33,209 nt of DNA, taken from NCBI GenBank assembly GCA_046757525.1, contig JBHHYI010000029.1:1-33209 (forward strand). Direction: 5' to 3'. The position numbers and the translations under genes were made by a program. Source of the stretch: a bacterium (GTDB lineage Bacteria > Zhuqueibacterota > Zhuqueibacteria > Oceanimicrobiales > Oceanimicrobiaceae). Shown piece by piece: positions 1-8,781 of this stretch. Position 1 is the first letter of the stretch, and every line of letters begins with the position of its first letter. A model generated the notes under the pieces. The model was not told the DNA's origin. It ran no database searches and saw only the letters and a program-made list of their open reading frames with translations.

Positions 1-49
1 CTGTAATCTGACCACGATTTTTTAACGAAAATGTAACAATTAAGGTTCC

Positions 50-106
50 CAGTAATCAGTAAGCAGTAAGCAGTAAGCAGTAAGCAGTAACGAGTAACCC
101 AGTAAT
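50..106. repeat. Heptamer tandem repeat (CAGTAAG)n
   Basis: Four perfect CAGTAAG units at 57-84, flanked by the degenerate units CAGTAAT (50-56), CAGTAAC, GAGTAAC and CAGTAAT (100-106). Confidence 0.9.
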
Positions 107-148
107 TAGTTTTGAGTCATTCAGCGTCTACACGTCCCGCCTTTCCGC

Positions 149-177
149 TTGACTTTTACTCAAATTATTGCTATAAT
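149..177 (+). promoter_or_regulatory. Sigma70-type promoter with extended -10
   Basis: TTGACT (149-154), 17-bp spacer, TATAAT (172-177) preceded by TGn; lies upstream of the ALDH gene. Confidence 0.75.
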
Positions 178-346
178 TTTAAGTTTTGGTAATCCGAAAC
201 CACCAGGGCGTTCCAGTTGGTTTGGCACAGGATTTTGTCAACAGACTCACCCAACCAGAGACTTAAATTGAATCAGGATTTCTTAACCATGCCATGCTAA
301 ATTTGCACAGGTTAACATTATTTTCTTGAGCGCGAGAGGTTGAAAA

Positions 347-1834
347 ATGAGTACCCAGTATCAAAATTTCATCAACGGCGAGTGGGTAGACGCCGTGAGT
401 GGAGAGAGCTTCGAGAACCGCAATCCGGCCAATTGGCAGGAAGTGCTTGGCGTCTTTCCGCTTTCCAGCAAAGAGGATGTGGCCGCGGCCGTCAAATCTG
501 CGCGGGAAGCCTTTGACGCCTGGCGTCTGACGCCGGCACCGGTGCGCGGCGAGATCATCAAAAAGGTGGGAGACCTCATGGCGGAGCGTAAGGAGGACCT
601 GGCCCGCAACATGAGCCGGGAGATGGGCAAAGTGCTGGCTGAAACGCGTGGCGACGTGCAGGAAGGCATCGACACAGCTTACTACGCAGCCAGCGAAGGC
701 CGGCGCCTGTTTGGCCACACGGTTCCGTCGGAGTTGCCCAACAAATTCAACATGTCCATTCGCCTGCCCATGGGCGTGGCAGGCATCATCACCCCGTGGA
801 ACTTTCCCATGGCCATTCCGACCTGGAAGATCTTTCCGGCCCTGGTTTGCGGCAATTGCGTGGTGTTCAAGCCTGCCAGCGACACGCCGCTGACGGCCAC
901 GACTTTCGTGGAGATTCTCCTGGAGGCCGGCGTTCCTCCGAAGGTAGTCAATTTGGTGCACGGCACGGGTTCGCGAGTGGGCATCCCCCTGGTGGAGCAC
1001 CCCGACGTAAATTTGATTTCCTTCACGGGTTCCACGGTGGTTGGGAAGGCCATTTCCAAAAGCGCCAGCGACACCTTGAAGCGCGTGTCCCTGGAATTAG
1101 GCGGGAAAAATGCTCAGATCGTCCTGGAGGACGCCGATCTGGAGTTAGCTCTGGAAGGCGTTTTGTGGGGCGCTTTCGGAACCACTGGCCAGCGCTGCAC
1201 GGCCACCAGCCGCCTGATTCTGCACGAGAAAGTCTACGACAAGTTTATGGACATGCTGATCAGCGCCACCCGAAGACTAAAACTGGGGGAGGGACTCCAG
1301 CCCGACACCGACGTCGGGCCGTTGATCAACGAAGGTCAAAGGCAAAAGGTCGACGAATATGTGAAGATCGGCCAATCGGAGGGTGCAAAAGTTGCGGTTG
1401 GCGGCCAGACCTACCAGGAAGGCTCGTGCGCAAATGGGTGGTTCTACCAGCCCACCATTTTCACCGGGGTGAAGCCGGAGATGCGCATCGCCAAAGAGGA
1501 AATCTTTGGACCCGTGTTGTCAGTAATTAGTATCCAATCCGCCGAAGAAGGCATGCGCATCCTCAACGACAGCAAATATGGCCTGTCGTCCTCCATCTAC
1601 ACCAACGACGTGAATTTAGCTTTCAAAGCCATGCGCGATCTCGAAGCCGGCATTACCTACATCAACGGGCCCACCATCGGCGCCGAAGCGCACATGCCGT
1701 TTGGCGGCGTTAAAGAAACCGGCAACGGCCACCGTGAGGGCGGCTGGGAAGTGTACGATTTTTACACCGAGACCAAGACGGTCTTCGTTGATTATTCAGG
1801 AAAGCTGCAACGCGCACAAATCGATAATCGATAG
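347..1834 (+). CDS. NAD(P)-dependent aldehyde dehydrogenase, probably alpha-aminoadipate semialdehyde / piperideine-6-carboxylate dehydrogenase by context
   Basis: 495 aa with ALDH motifs ITPWNFP, FKPA, FTGST, LELGGKN, GQRC (catalytic Cys) and EEIFGP; GAGAGG RBS. Substrate is inferred only from the adjacent lat gene. Confidence 0.93.
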   Translation: MSTQYQNFINGEWVDAVSGESFENRNPANWQEVLGVFPLSSKEDVAAAVKSAREAFDAWRLTPAPVRGEIIKKVGDLMAERKEDLARNMSREMGKVLAETRGDVQEGIDTAYYAASEGRRLFGHTVPSELPNKFNMSIRLPMGVAGIITPWNFPMAIPTWKIFPALVCGNCVVFKPASDTPLTATTFVEILLEAGVPPKVVNLVHGTGSRVGIPLVEHPDVNLISFTGSTVVGKAISKSASDTLKRVSLELGGKNAQIVLEDADLELALEGVLWGAFGTTGQRCTATSRLILHEKVYDKFMDMLISATRRLKLGEGLQPDTDVGPLINEGQRQKVDEYVKIGQSEGAKVAVGGQTYQEGSCANGWFYQPTIFTGVKPEMRIAKEEIFGPVLSVISIQSAEEGMRILNDSKYGLSSSIYTNDVNLAFKAMRDLEAGITYINGPTIGAEAHMPFGGVKETGNGHREGGWEVYDFYTETKTVFVDYSGKLQRAQIDNR

Positions 1835-1851
1835 ATCAGGGAGACCCAACG

Positions 1852-3207
1852 ATGCTCAAGCTCACACCGGACCAAGTTTTTCCCACTCTGAAAAAACACA
1901 TGCTCGTCGATGGCTTTAACAACATGGTCATCGATTTGCAAAAAAGCCAGGGCCACTACGTTTACGATTCGCTGCACGATCGACGCTATTTGGATTTGTT
2001 CAGTTTCTTTGCCACAGCGCCTGTCGGTCACAATCACCCCCGGATGGCCGACCCGGAATTTAAGGAGAAGCTGCTCAGCGTGGCTATCATGAAACCCTCC
2101 AATTCAGATTTTTACACCGTGGAAATGGCGGAATTTGTAGAAACCTTCTCCGAATACGCCGTGCCCGATTACTTGCCCTACCTGTTCCTGATCAGCGGCG
2201 GCGCGCTGGGCGTGGAAAATGCGCTCAAGGCCGCCTTCGACTGGAAGGTGCGCAAGAATTTCGCCAAAGGGTACAAGCAAGAGAAGGGGAGTCAGGTCAT
2301 TCACTTCAAGGAGGCTTTTCACGGCAGAACCGGTTACACCCTTTCTTTGACCAACACGGCCGATCCCAGGAAATACAAACACTACCCCAAATTCGACTGG
2401 CCACGCGTTACCAATCCGAAAATGACTTTTCCTCAGAATGAGGAAAATCTGCGCAAAGTCGAAGCGCTGGAGGCGCAGGCCGTTCGGGAGATCAAAGAGG
2501 CCATTCAGCGCAACCCGGACGACATCGCCGCCATGATCATCGAACCCGTGCAAGGCGAGGGCGGCGACAATCATTTCCGCAAAGAATTCCTGCTGCAATT
2601 GCGGCAGTTGGCCGACGAAAACGAGATCATGCTGGTCTTCGATGAGGTGCAAACCGGTATTGGACTGACGGGCGCCATGTGGTGTCACCAGAATTTCGGC
2701 GTTCAGCCGGACCTGCTGGCTTTTGGCAAGAAAACTCAGGTGTGCGGATTTCTTTGCAGCAGAAGAATCGATGAGGTCGAAAACCATGTCTTTCAAGAAT
2801 CCAGCCGCATAAATTCAACCTGGGGTGGGAATCTGGTGGATATGGTGCGCTTTCGCAAATATTTAGAAATCATCACCACCGAAAATCTGATCAACAACGC
2901 CAGAAAGGTGGGGGCTTATTTTATCGGCGAACTGCAGAAACTTCAGGATGAGTTTGCAGCGTTGATCACAAACGTGCGCGGCCTGGGCTTGATGATTGCC
3001 TTTGACTTGCCGTCTGGAGACACGCGCGCGCAATTTCTGAGCACGGCTTTTGAGAACGGACTCATCGCTCTGGGCTGCGGCCAGCGTTCGGTTCGCTTCC
3101 GGCCTTCGTTGAATTTGCCCAGGGAATTGGTCGACGAGGCCATACAAATCGTGCGACAAAGTCTCAGACAGGTTTCTGACAAAACGAGCAGCTCCAGGGC
3201 GGCGTAA
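1852..3207 (+). CDS. lat: L-lysine 6-aminotransferase (class III PLP aminotransferase)
   Basis: 451 aa with GALGVENALKAAFDWK, AFHGRTGYTLSLTNT, EPVQGEGGD, DEVQTG, FGKK (PLP lysine) and STWGGNLVDMVR, all typical of the LAT family. Confidence 0.9.
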   Translation: MLKLTPDQVFPTLKKHMLVDGFNNMVIDLQKSQGHYVYDSLHDRRYLDLFSFFATAPVGHNHPRMADPEFKEKLLSVAIMKPSNSDFYTVEMAEFVETFSEYAVPDYLPYLFLISGGALGVENALKAAFDWKVRKNFAKGYKQEKGSQVIHFKEAFHGRTGYTLSLTNTADPRKYKHYPKFDWPRVTNPKMTFPQNEENLRKVEALEAQAVREIKEAIQRNPDDIAAMIIEPVQGEGGDNHFRKEFLLQLRQLADENEIMLVFDEVQTGIGLTGAMWCHQNFGVQPDLLAFGKKTQVCGFLCSRRIDEVENHVFQESSRINSTWGGNLVDMVRFRKYLEIITTENLINNARKVGAYFIGELQKLQDEFAALITNVRGLGLMIAFDLPSGDTRAQFLSTAFENGLIALGCGQRSVRFRPSLNLPRELVDEAIQIVRQSLRQVSDKTSSSRAA

Positions 3208-3237
3208 ACGAGGGGCCAGGTTGCACCTCAACTATAG

Positions 3238-3960
3238 ATGGAAAACACAGAAAATGATCTTCCACGTGGCACGCTCTTTGTCGTTAGCACGCCGATTGGC
3301 AATTTAAAAGATATCACCATTCGGGCCCTGGAGGTTCTTTCTAAAGTAGACTTGATCGCCGCAGAAGATACCCGCCACACGCGGATTCTGTTGCAGCGCT
3401 ACTGCATAAAGACCCCGACGACCAGTTATTACGATTTTAACAAAGAGAAAAAGATACCGACTCTACTGGAGAAATTAGAAAGCGGTGCAAAGATTGCGGT
3501 GGTGTCCGACGCGGGGACGCCGGGCATTTCGGACCCGGCCTTCAGATTGGTGCGGGCGTGCATCGACCGCCACATTCCCATTCAAACCCTCCCCGGGGCA
3601 ACAGCGTTTGTGCCGGCCTTGATCCTGTCAGGACTGCCGACGGATCGCTTTGCGTTCGAGGGATTCTTGCCCAGAAAGAAGGGACGGAAGAAAAGGATCG
3701 AGGCCTTAGAAGAGGAGACCAGAACGCTCATCTTTTACGAGTCCTCGCACCGCCTGGCAAAAACGCTTGCCGACCTGGAGCCGATTTACGCCGGAAGACG
3801 GGCTGCCCTGGTGCGCGAAATCACTAAAAAATATGAAGAAGTACAACGCGGGACGCTTGGCGAAATACAGGCCAGGCTGCCACAACTGAAGTTAAAAGGA
3901 GAATTTGTTTTAATCGTCGAAGGGAAAGGAAAACAAAAGGGGAGAGGAGAAAGTGCCTAA
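3238..3960 (+). CDS. rsmI: 16S rRNA (cytidine1402-2'-O)-methyltransferase
   Basis: TPIGNLKDIT, AAEDTR, SDAGTPGISDP, FEGFLP, RE-TK and KGEFV motifs. Confidence 0.95.
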   Translation: MENTENDLPRGTLFVVSTPIGNLKDITIRALEVLSKVDLIAAEDTRHTRILLQRYCIKTPTTSYYDFNKEKKIPTLLEKLESGAKIAVVSDAGTPGISDPAFRLVRACIDRHIPIQTLPGATAFVPALILSGLPTDRFAFEGFLPRKKGRKKRIEALEEETRTLIFYESSHRLAKTLADLEPIYAGRRAALVREITKKYEEVQRGTLGEIQARLPQLKLKGEFVLIVEGKGKQKGRGESA

Positions 3961-4621
3961 TCTTAATTTTTTCAGATGGAAGATCAGTGTACTGCCGGAT
4001 GGGATCAAGAATTGGTACTTAAAACTGATTCAACCGATCGTCAATTTTTTTGTCAACTTGGAGCTCAATCCCAATTTTTTCACCACTATTGGGTTTATCT
4101 TGACCATCGGTTCAGCCGTATTGTTCGCCATCGGCCAGTTGCGCATCGCCGGGGCCATCGTGCTGTTGGCGGGTACCTTTGACATCATCGACGGCAAGGT
4201 CGCCCGGCTGACCCAGCGCGTCACCAAATTTGGCGCTCTGTACGACTCCACCCTGGATCGTTACTCCGAGGTGATCATGTTTTTTGGGCTCGCTTTTTAT
4301 TTCGTCAAGGAGGAGTGGTTTATCACCTCCGTGGCGGTTTCCATTGCCCTCGGCGGTTCGGTTATGGTCAGCTACGTGCGGGCGCGTGCGGAGGCCCTGG
4401 GCTTTCAGTGCAAGGTCGGCATCATGCAGCGACCGGAACGCATCGTGTACATCGGCTTTGGCGCCGTGATTCACAAATACACGCTCATCTTTTCCATTCT
4501 TTTGATTGCCGTGTTTGCCAACATTACTGCCATTCAGAGAATCTACCACATCTGGGTGGCCGAAAACGGTAAGAAAAAGCAGAAGCTGAGTCAGGCTGAA
4601 ATGGACATGGTGGGAGATTGA
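3953..4621 (+). CDS. CDP-alcohol phosphatidyltransferase, phosphatidylinositol(-phosphate) synthase-like
   Basis: DIIDGKVAR...GALYDSTLDR signature, SYVRARAE and R-ER motifs, hydrophobic helices. GTG start overlaps the rsmI end; ino1 is nearby. Confidence 0.9.
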   Translation: MPNLNFFRWKISVLPDGIKNWYLKLIQPIVNFFVNLELNPNFFTTIGFILTIGSAVLFAIGQLRIAGAIVLLAGTFDIIDGKVARLTQRVTKFGALYDSTLDRYSEVIMFFGLAFYFVKEEWFITSVAVSIALGGSVMVSYVRARAEALGFQCKVGIMQRPERIVYIGFGAVIHKYTLIFSILLIAVFANITAIQRIYHIWVAENGKKKQKLSQAEMDMVGD

Positions 4622-4630
4622 CAGGTCATC

Positions 4631-5158
4631 ATGACAAAGAAAGAATTCATGAACCGCCTGGCCAACGATCAGGTGGATGTTTTACAGAAATTCCTCGACC
4701 TGCTGAGTGAGCTGGGCATGGACTATTGTGTAATCGGAGGATTAGCCGTGAACGCCTATGTGGAACCTGTAGTAAGCTTGGATTTGGACCTGGTGGTTGC
4801 GGCCGGTGACATTGAAAAGCTTCGCAAAGCGGCCCCACCGATGTTTAGCGTGAAGGCTTTTGCCCATAGCCTGAATCTCAACAGTTCACAGTCAGACTTG
4901 CGCATACAAATACAAACCGACCCACGCTATCAGGGCTTTATTGCTCATGCAACGGAGAAGAAAGTCATGGGCTACGACATGAAAGTTGCCGCACTCGAGG
5001 ACGTCCTGCAAGGTAAAATCTGGGCCTACTCTGACCAACACCGGCGTCAAAGCAAGCGGCAAAAGGACCTGGCTGATATTTTTCGTCTGGTAGAGGCTTT
5101 TCCGCATTTGCGTGCTCTGTTGCCGGATTCGAGAGACTTTAAGGCAGTGGGGAATTAA
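4631..5158 (+). CDS. Pol-beta-superfamily nucleotidyltransferase (AbiEii/AbiGii-like, standalone)
   Basis: 175 aa with hhGGLAV...DLDL (GG + DxD) and C-terminal K...R..KD..D. Confidence 0.75.
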   Translation: MTKKEFMNRLANDQVDVLQKFLDLLSELGMDYCVIGGLAVNAYVEPVVSLDLDLVVAAGDIEKLRKAAPPMFSVKAFAHSLNLNSSQSDLRIQIQTDPRYQGFIAHATEKKVMGYDMKVAALEDVLQGKIWAYSDQHRRQSKRQKDLADIFRLVEAFPHLRALLPDSRDFKAVGN

Positions 5159-5280
5159 CTGTTTTGAGGAGTTAAGAGGGACACGAACTTTTGAAAAAAG
5201 CTCAGCGTCTTTGCAACCAGAGAATACTTTTCATGTTGCAGAAGTCTAAAATAATAATTAACGATTAAGGAGGGTGCATT

Positions 5281-6597
5281 TTGGAACGCAAGGAAACGAA
5301 CATTGAAGCGCCGAAGGGCAAACTGGGAGTCTTGCTGCCTGGCCTGGGCGCAGTGAGCACGACTTTTATCGCCGGAGTGGAAGCCATTCGCAAGGGCCTT
5401 TCCAAGCCATTTGGTTCCGTCACGCAGATGGGAACCATTCGCCTGGGCAAGAGAACGGACAACCGCACGCCAAAGATCAAAGATTTTGTGCCTCTGGCCG
5501 ACCTCGACGACCTGGTGTTTGGCGGCTGGGACATCTTCTCGGACAATTGTTACGAGGCCGCTTCCAAAGCGGGGGTGCTTGAGCAAAACCTGCTGGACCA
5601 GGTCAAGCCGGAATTGCAAGCTATTCAGCCCTGGCAGGCGGTTTTCGACCAAAAATACGTCAAGAAGCTGTCGGGTGAGAACGTCAAATCCGGGGCCAAC
5701 AAGTGGGAAATTGTGGAGCAGGTGCGCCAGGACATTCGCGATTTCAAACGGGAACGCAATCTGGACCGCATGGTCATGGTTTGGTGCGGCAGCACCGAGG
5801 TGTTCATGGAGCAGGACCCGGTGCACGCAGAGCTGGCCACCTTCGAGAAAGCCATGCGGGAAAATCACCCGGCCATTGCGCCCAGCATGATCTACGCCTA
5901 CGCCGCCATTGCTGAAGGGATTCCCTATGCCAACGGCGCCCCGAATCTCACGGTGGACATTCCCGCCATGCAGCAGTTCGCTAAAAGCAAAGGCGTGCCC
6001 ATCATGGGCAAGGACTTCAAGACCGGTCAGACTTTGCTGAAGACCATTCTGGCGCCGGGTCTGAAAGCGCGTTACCTGGGCCTTTCGGGCTGGTTTTCCA
6101 CCAACATTCTGGGCAACCGCGACGGTGAGGTTCTCGACGATCCGGAATCGTTCAAGACCAAGGAACAGAGCAAGCTTTCGGTTCTGGAATACATTCTGCA
6201 GCCCGATGTTTATCCGGAGCTTTATGACAACATTTATCACAAAGTTCGCATCAACTATTATCCGCCCAGAGGCGATAACAAAGAGGGCTGGGACAATCTG
6301 GACATCTTTGGCTGGCTGGGCTATCCCATGCAGATCAAGATCGATTTTCTCTGCCGGGACAGCATTTTAGCCGCGCCCATCGTCTTAGACCTGGTGCTCT
6401 TCCTGGATTTGGCCGGGCGCAGCGGCATGTCCGGCATCCAGGAATGGCTGTCGTTTTACTTTAAGAGTCCCATGACCGCCGAAAACTTGTATCCGGAACA
6501 TGATTTGTTCATTCAACTGATGAAGCTCAAGAACACTTTGCGTTATCTGAAAGGAGAAGAGCTCATAACCCACCTGGGGTTGGAATATTACGATTAG
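5281..6597 (+). CDS. ino1: myo-inositol-1(3)-phosphate synthase
   Basis: GLGAVSTT, GGWD, WCGSTE, NGAPN, GKDFKTGQT, NILGNRDG, DNKE and CRDSILAAP motifs; TTG start after an AAGGAGG RBS. Confidence 0.95.
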   Translation: MERKETNIEAPKGKLGVLLPGLGAVSTTFIAGVEAIRKGLSKPFGSVTQMGTIRLGKRTDNRTPKIKDFVPLADLDDLVFGGWDIFSDNCYEAASKAGVLEQNLLDQVKPELQAIQPWQAVFDQKYVKKLSGENVKSGANKWEIVEQVRQDIRDFKRERNLDRMVMVWCGSTEVFMEQDPVHAELATFEKAMRENHPAIAPSMIYAYAAIAEGIPYANGAPNLTVDIPAMQQFAKSKGVPIMGKDFKTGQTLLKTILAPGLKARYLGLSGWFSTNILGNRDGEVLDDPESFKTKEQSKLSVLEYILQPDVYPELYDNIYHKVRINYYPPRGDNKEGWDNLDIFGWLGYPMQIKIDFLCRDSILAAPIVLDLVLFLDLAGRSGMSGIQEWLSFYFKSPMTAENLYPEHDLFIQLMKLKNTLRYLKGEELITHLGLEYYD

Positions 6598-6679
6598 TTC
6601 TTCGGTGGAGGCGGATATAATCTGTGAGGTAGAGATGTCGGGTGCAACGTTTAGAATAACTTGCAGGTAATAAGAGATT

Positions 6680-8017
6680 TTGTCGGATAAATCCCCTCTA
6701 AAAAGTGTTCTGAAGACCTCCCTGCCTGCGGTGATTGATTTGTCATCGCAGACTTTTATGTGGACGATTGAGGCCATTCTCATAGGCAAAATCAGTGCTG
6801 CCGCATTTGGGGGCGTGGGCATGGCCGTACAAGTAATTATTGTGGTCTTAACGGTTCTTTTGACATTTATCGTTGGCAGCTCGATTATCATTACTCGCTA
6901 CCTGGGTGCCAACAACCAGTGGGAAGCCAACCACATTCTGGGCCAGGCGCTGATGATGGGCATTTTCATGGCCGTGGTCATTGCTTTGGTTTGGTATTTT
7001 GGCGCCACACACATTTTTAAACTCATCAAAGAAGGCGGTTCTGAAGCGCGGGAAGCTGGCATCGTCTATTTGAAAACAGTGGCGCTCTTTGCGCCGGTGG
7101 TGCTTACGAACTTCGTCGCGCTTGGCATTGTGCGCGGGGCTGGTGATACACGTAACGCCATGATCATCAATCTTTCGGTCAACAGTGTGAATTTAATTCT
7201 GGCGCCCATTTTCATTTTTGGATTACTGGGTTTCCCGCGGTTAGAAGTTCGGGGAGCAGCTTTGGCCATGGGCACGGCGCACTCGTTAGGTTTCTGCGCC
7301 ACGCTCTATTTGTTGCGCAGCCGCAAATCGGTCCTATTTTTGTCGTTTCGAGAATTGACCACGCCAAACCTGAGAACGTTCAAGAGATTGTTTAAGGCAG
7401 GCATTCCGACGACAATCGAGCAATTGGTCTGGTCGTTAGGGCAATTGGTGGTCACCGGCTATGCCGCTGTTTTAGGCATCACCGTTCTGGCCGCCCACCA
7501 GGTATTTTTGAGAATTCAGGCCATTCTGTCCATGTTCTATCTGGGCTTTGGCCTGGGCGCCATGACGTTGATGGGGAAGAACCTGGGTGCGGAACAAAGA
7601 CAGATGGCCGAAAAGACCGCTTCCACGGCAAGCAAGGTGGTTTTTGTCTTTTCCTGTTGTGTGTTTTTGCTGATGGTCATTTTTTCCAGGCTATTGGTAA
7701 CCGTGTTCACCTCCGACCCGCATGTGGTCAAATTGGGCTCGGTGGTGATCATGGTGTTTGCGGTGGTGCAGATCCCCAAGGCTATGGACGGCGTGCTCAT
7801 GGGAAATCTGCGCGGCGCAGGCGACCTGAAGTGGCTCATGTGGCTCACCATTGTCAGCGTTCTAATTTTGGAAATTGGACTGAACTGGGTATTTGTTTTC
7901 GTTTTCGGTTATTCCCTGATGGCTTTGTGGCTGGTGCACCTGGTTGATGAGTCTGTGAGGACTTTTATTAATTATCGACGTTTGAAAAGCGGAAAGTGGA
8001 ATATCAACAAGTTATAA
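6680..8017 (+). CDS. MATE family efflux transporter
   Basis: 445 aa with about 12 hydrophobic segments, two internal RGAGD repeats and GAALA. Confidence 0.9.
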   Translation: MSDKSPLKSVLKTSLPAVIDLSSQTFMWTIEAILIGKISAAAFGGVGMAVQVIIVVLTVLLTFIVGSSIIITRYLGANNQWEANHILGQALMMGIFMAVVIALVWYFGATHIFKLIKEGGSEAREAGIVYLKTVALFAPVVLTNFVALGIVRGAGDTRNAMIINLSVNSVNLILAPIFIFGLLGFPRLEVRGAALAMGTAHSLGFCATLYLLRSRKSVLFLSFRELTTPNLRTFKRLFKAGIPTTIEQLVWSLGQLVVTGYAAVLGITVLAAHQVFLRIQAILSMFYLGFGLGAMTLMGKNLGAEQRQMAEKTASTASKVVFVFSCCVFLLMVIFSRLLVTVFTSDPHVVKLGSVVIMVFAVVQIPKAMDGVLMGNLRGAGDLKWLMWLTIVSVLILEIGLNWVFVFVFGYSLMALWLVHLVDESVRTFINYRRLKSGKWNINKL

Positions 8018-8023
8018 ATCTGC

Positions 8024-8659
8024 ATGAAAGGCTTATTAATCTCCTTTGAAGGTATCGATTTCTCTGGTAAGTCGGTGCAGGCCAATTTGCTGAAACAACG
8101 GTTGCTCTCGGAAGGACGACCGGTACAATTTCTCCGAGAACCGGGCGGGACGGAAATATCGGAACGCTTGCGCGATGTTGTATTAGACACGAAGCATTAC
8201 ACCATGTCCCCGCTAACGGAGGTTCTTCTCTATTCCGCAGCCAGGGCGCAAATGGTAGAGGAGCAGGTCTTGCCTAACTTGAGCAAGGGCGTCGTCGTAA
8301 TTTGTGATCGTTTTTACGACTCCACAACGGCGTATCAAGGCTATGGTAGGTCCATCGATTTGGATTTTATTGCTCAACTTAATCAGCGGGTGACCCGGGG
8401 GTGCAAACCCGATCTTACTTTTCTTCTGGACTTGCACCCGGAAACAGTGCTGAAAAGAAAGCTCGCCAGCGCCAAGAGCCTGGATAGGTTGGAACAAGAA
8501 GATGTAGACTTTCATCTAAAGGTTAGGCAAGGTTACCTGACCATCGCCAGGAATGACTCAAAGAGATTTGTGGTTCTGGACGGTGAAAAATCCATTGAAA
8601 CGATTCAGGAGGAAATATATCAGCGCGTGAAGTCGAAATTAAGAAGTCGCGCTGGCTGA
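8024..8659 (+). CDS. tmk: Thymidylate kinase
   Basis: FEGIDFSGKS P-loop, REPGGT, CDRFYDSTTAYQG and PDLT. Confidence 0.96.
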   Translation: MKGLLISFEGIDFSGKSVQANLLKQRLLSEGRPVQFLREPGGTEISERLRDVVLDTKHYTMSPLTEVLLYSAARAQMVEEQVLPNLSKGVVVICDRFYDSTTAYQGYGRSIDLDFIAQLNQRVTRGCKPDLTFLLDLHPETVLKRKLASAKSLDRLEQEDVDFHLKVRQGYLTIARNDSKRFVVLDGEKSIETIQEEIYQRVKSKLRSRAG

Positions 8660-8781
8660 TAAAAGGTTCGCCTTGTTTTGTCTTTTTTCATGGTGCAAGA
8701 AATTGAATTGTAAGTGCCCAAGTCATAAGTAAACGTCTGCTCAATCTTAGCAGACAAGCTTCTGCCTATTTTAAGGAGGTA

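Noticed and set aside
50..106. Repeat array as CRISPR
   Set aside because: 7-bp contiguous units, no spacers and no cas genes.
222..240. Sigma54-like TGGCAC...TTGT, and the similar TGGCAT-N5-TTGT near 24554
   Set aside because: The required GG-N10-GC spacing and identity are not met.
8735..8765. Alternative hairpins upstream of ctpA (GTCTGCT/AGCAGAC)
   Set aside because: 7-bp stem with no U tract, within chance expectation.
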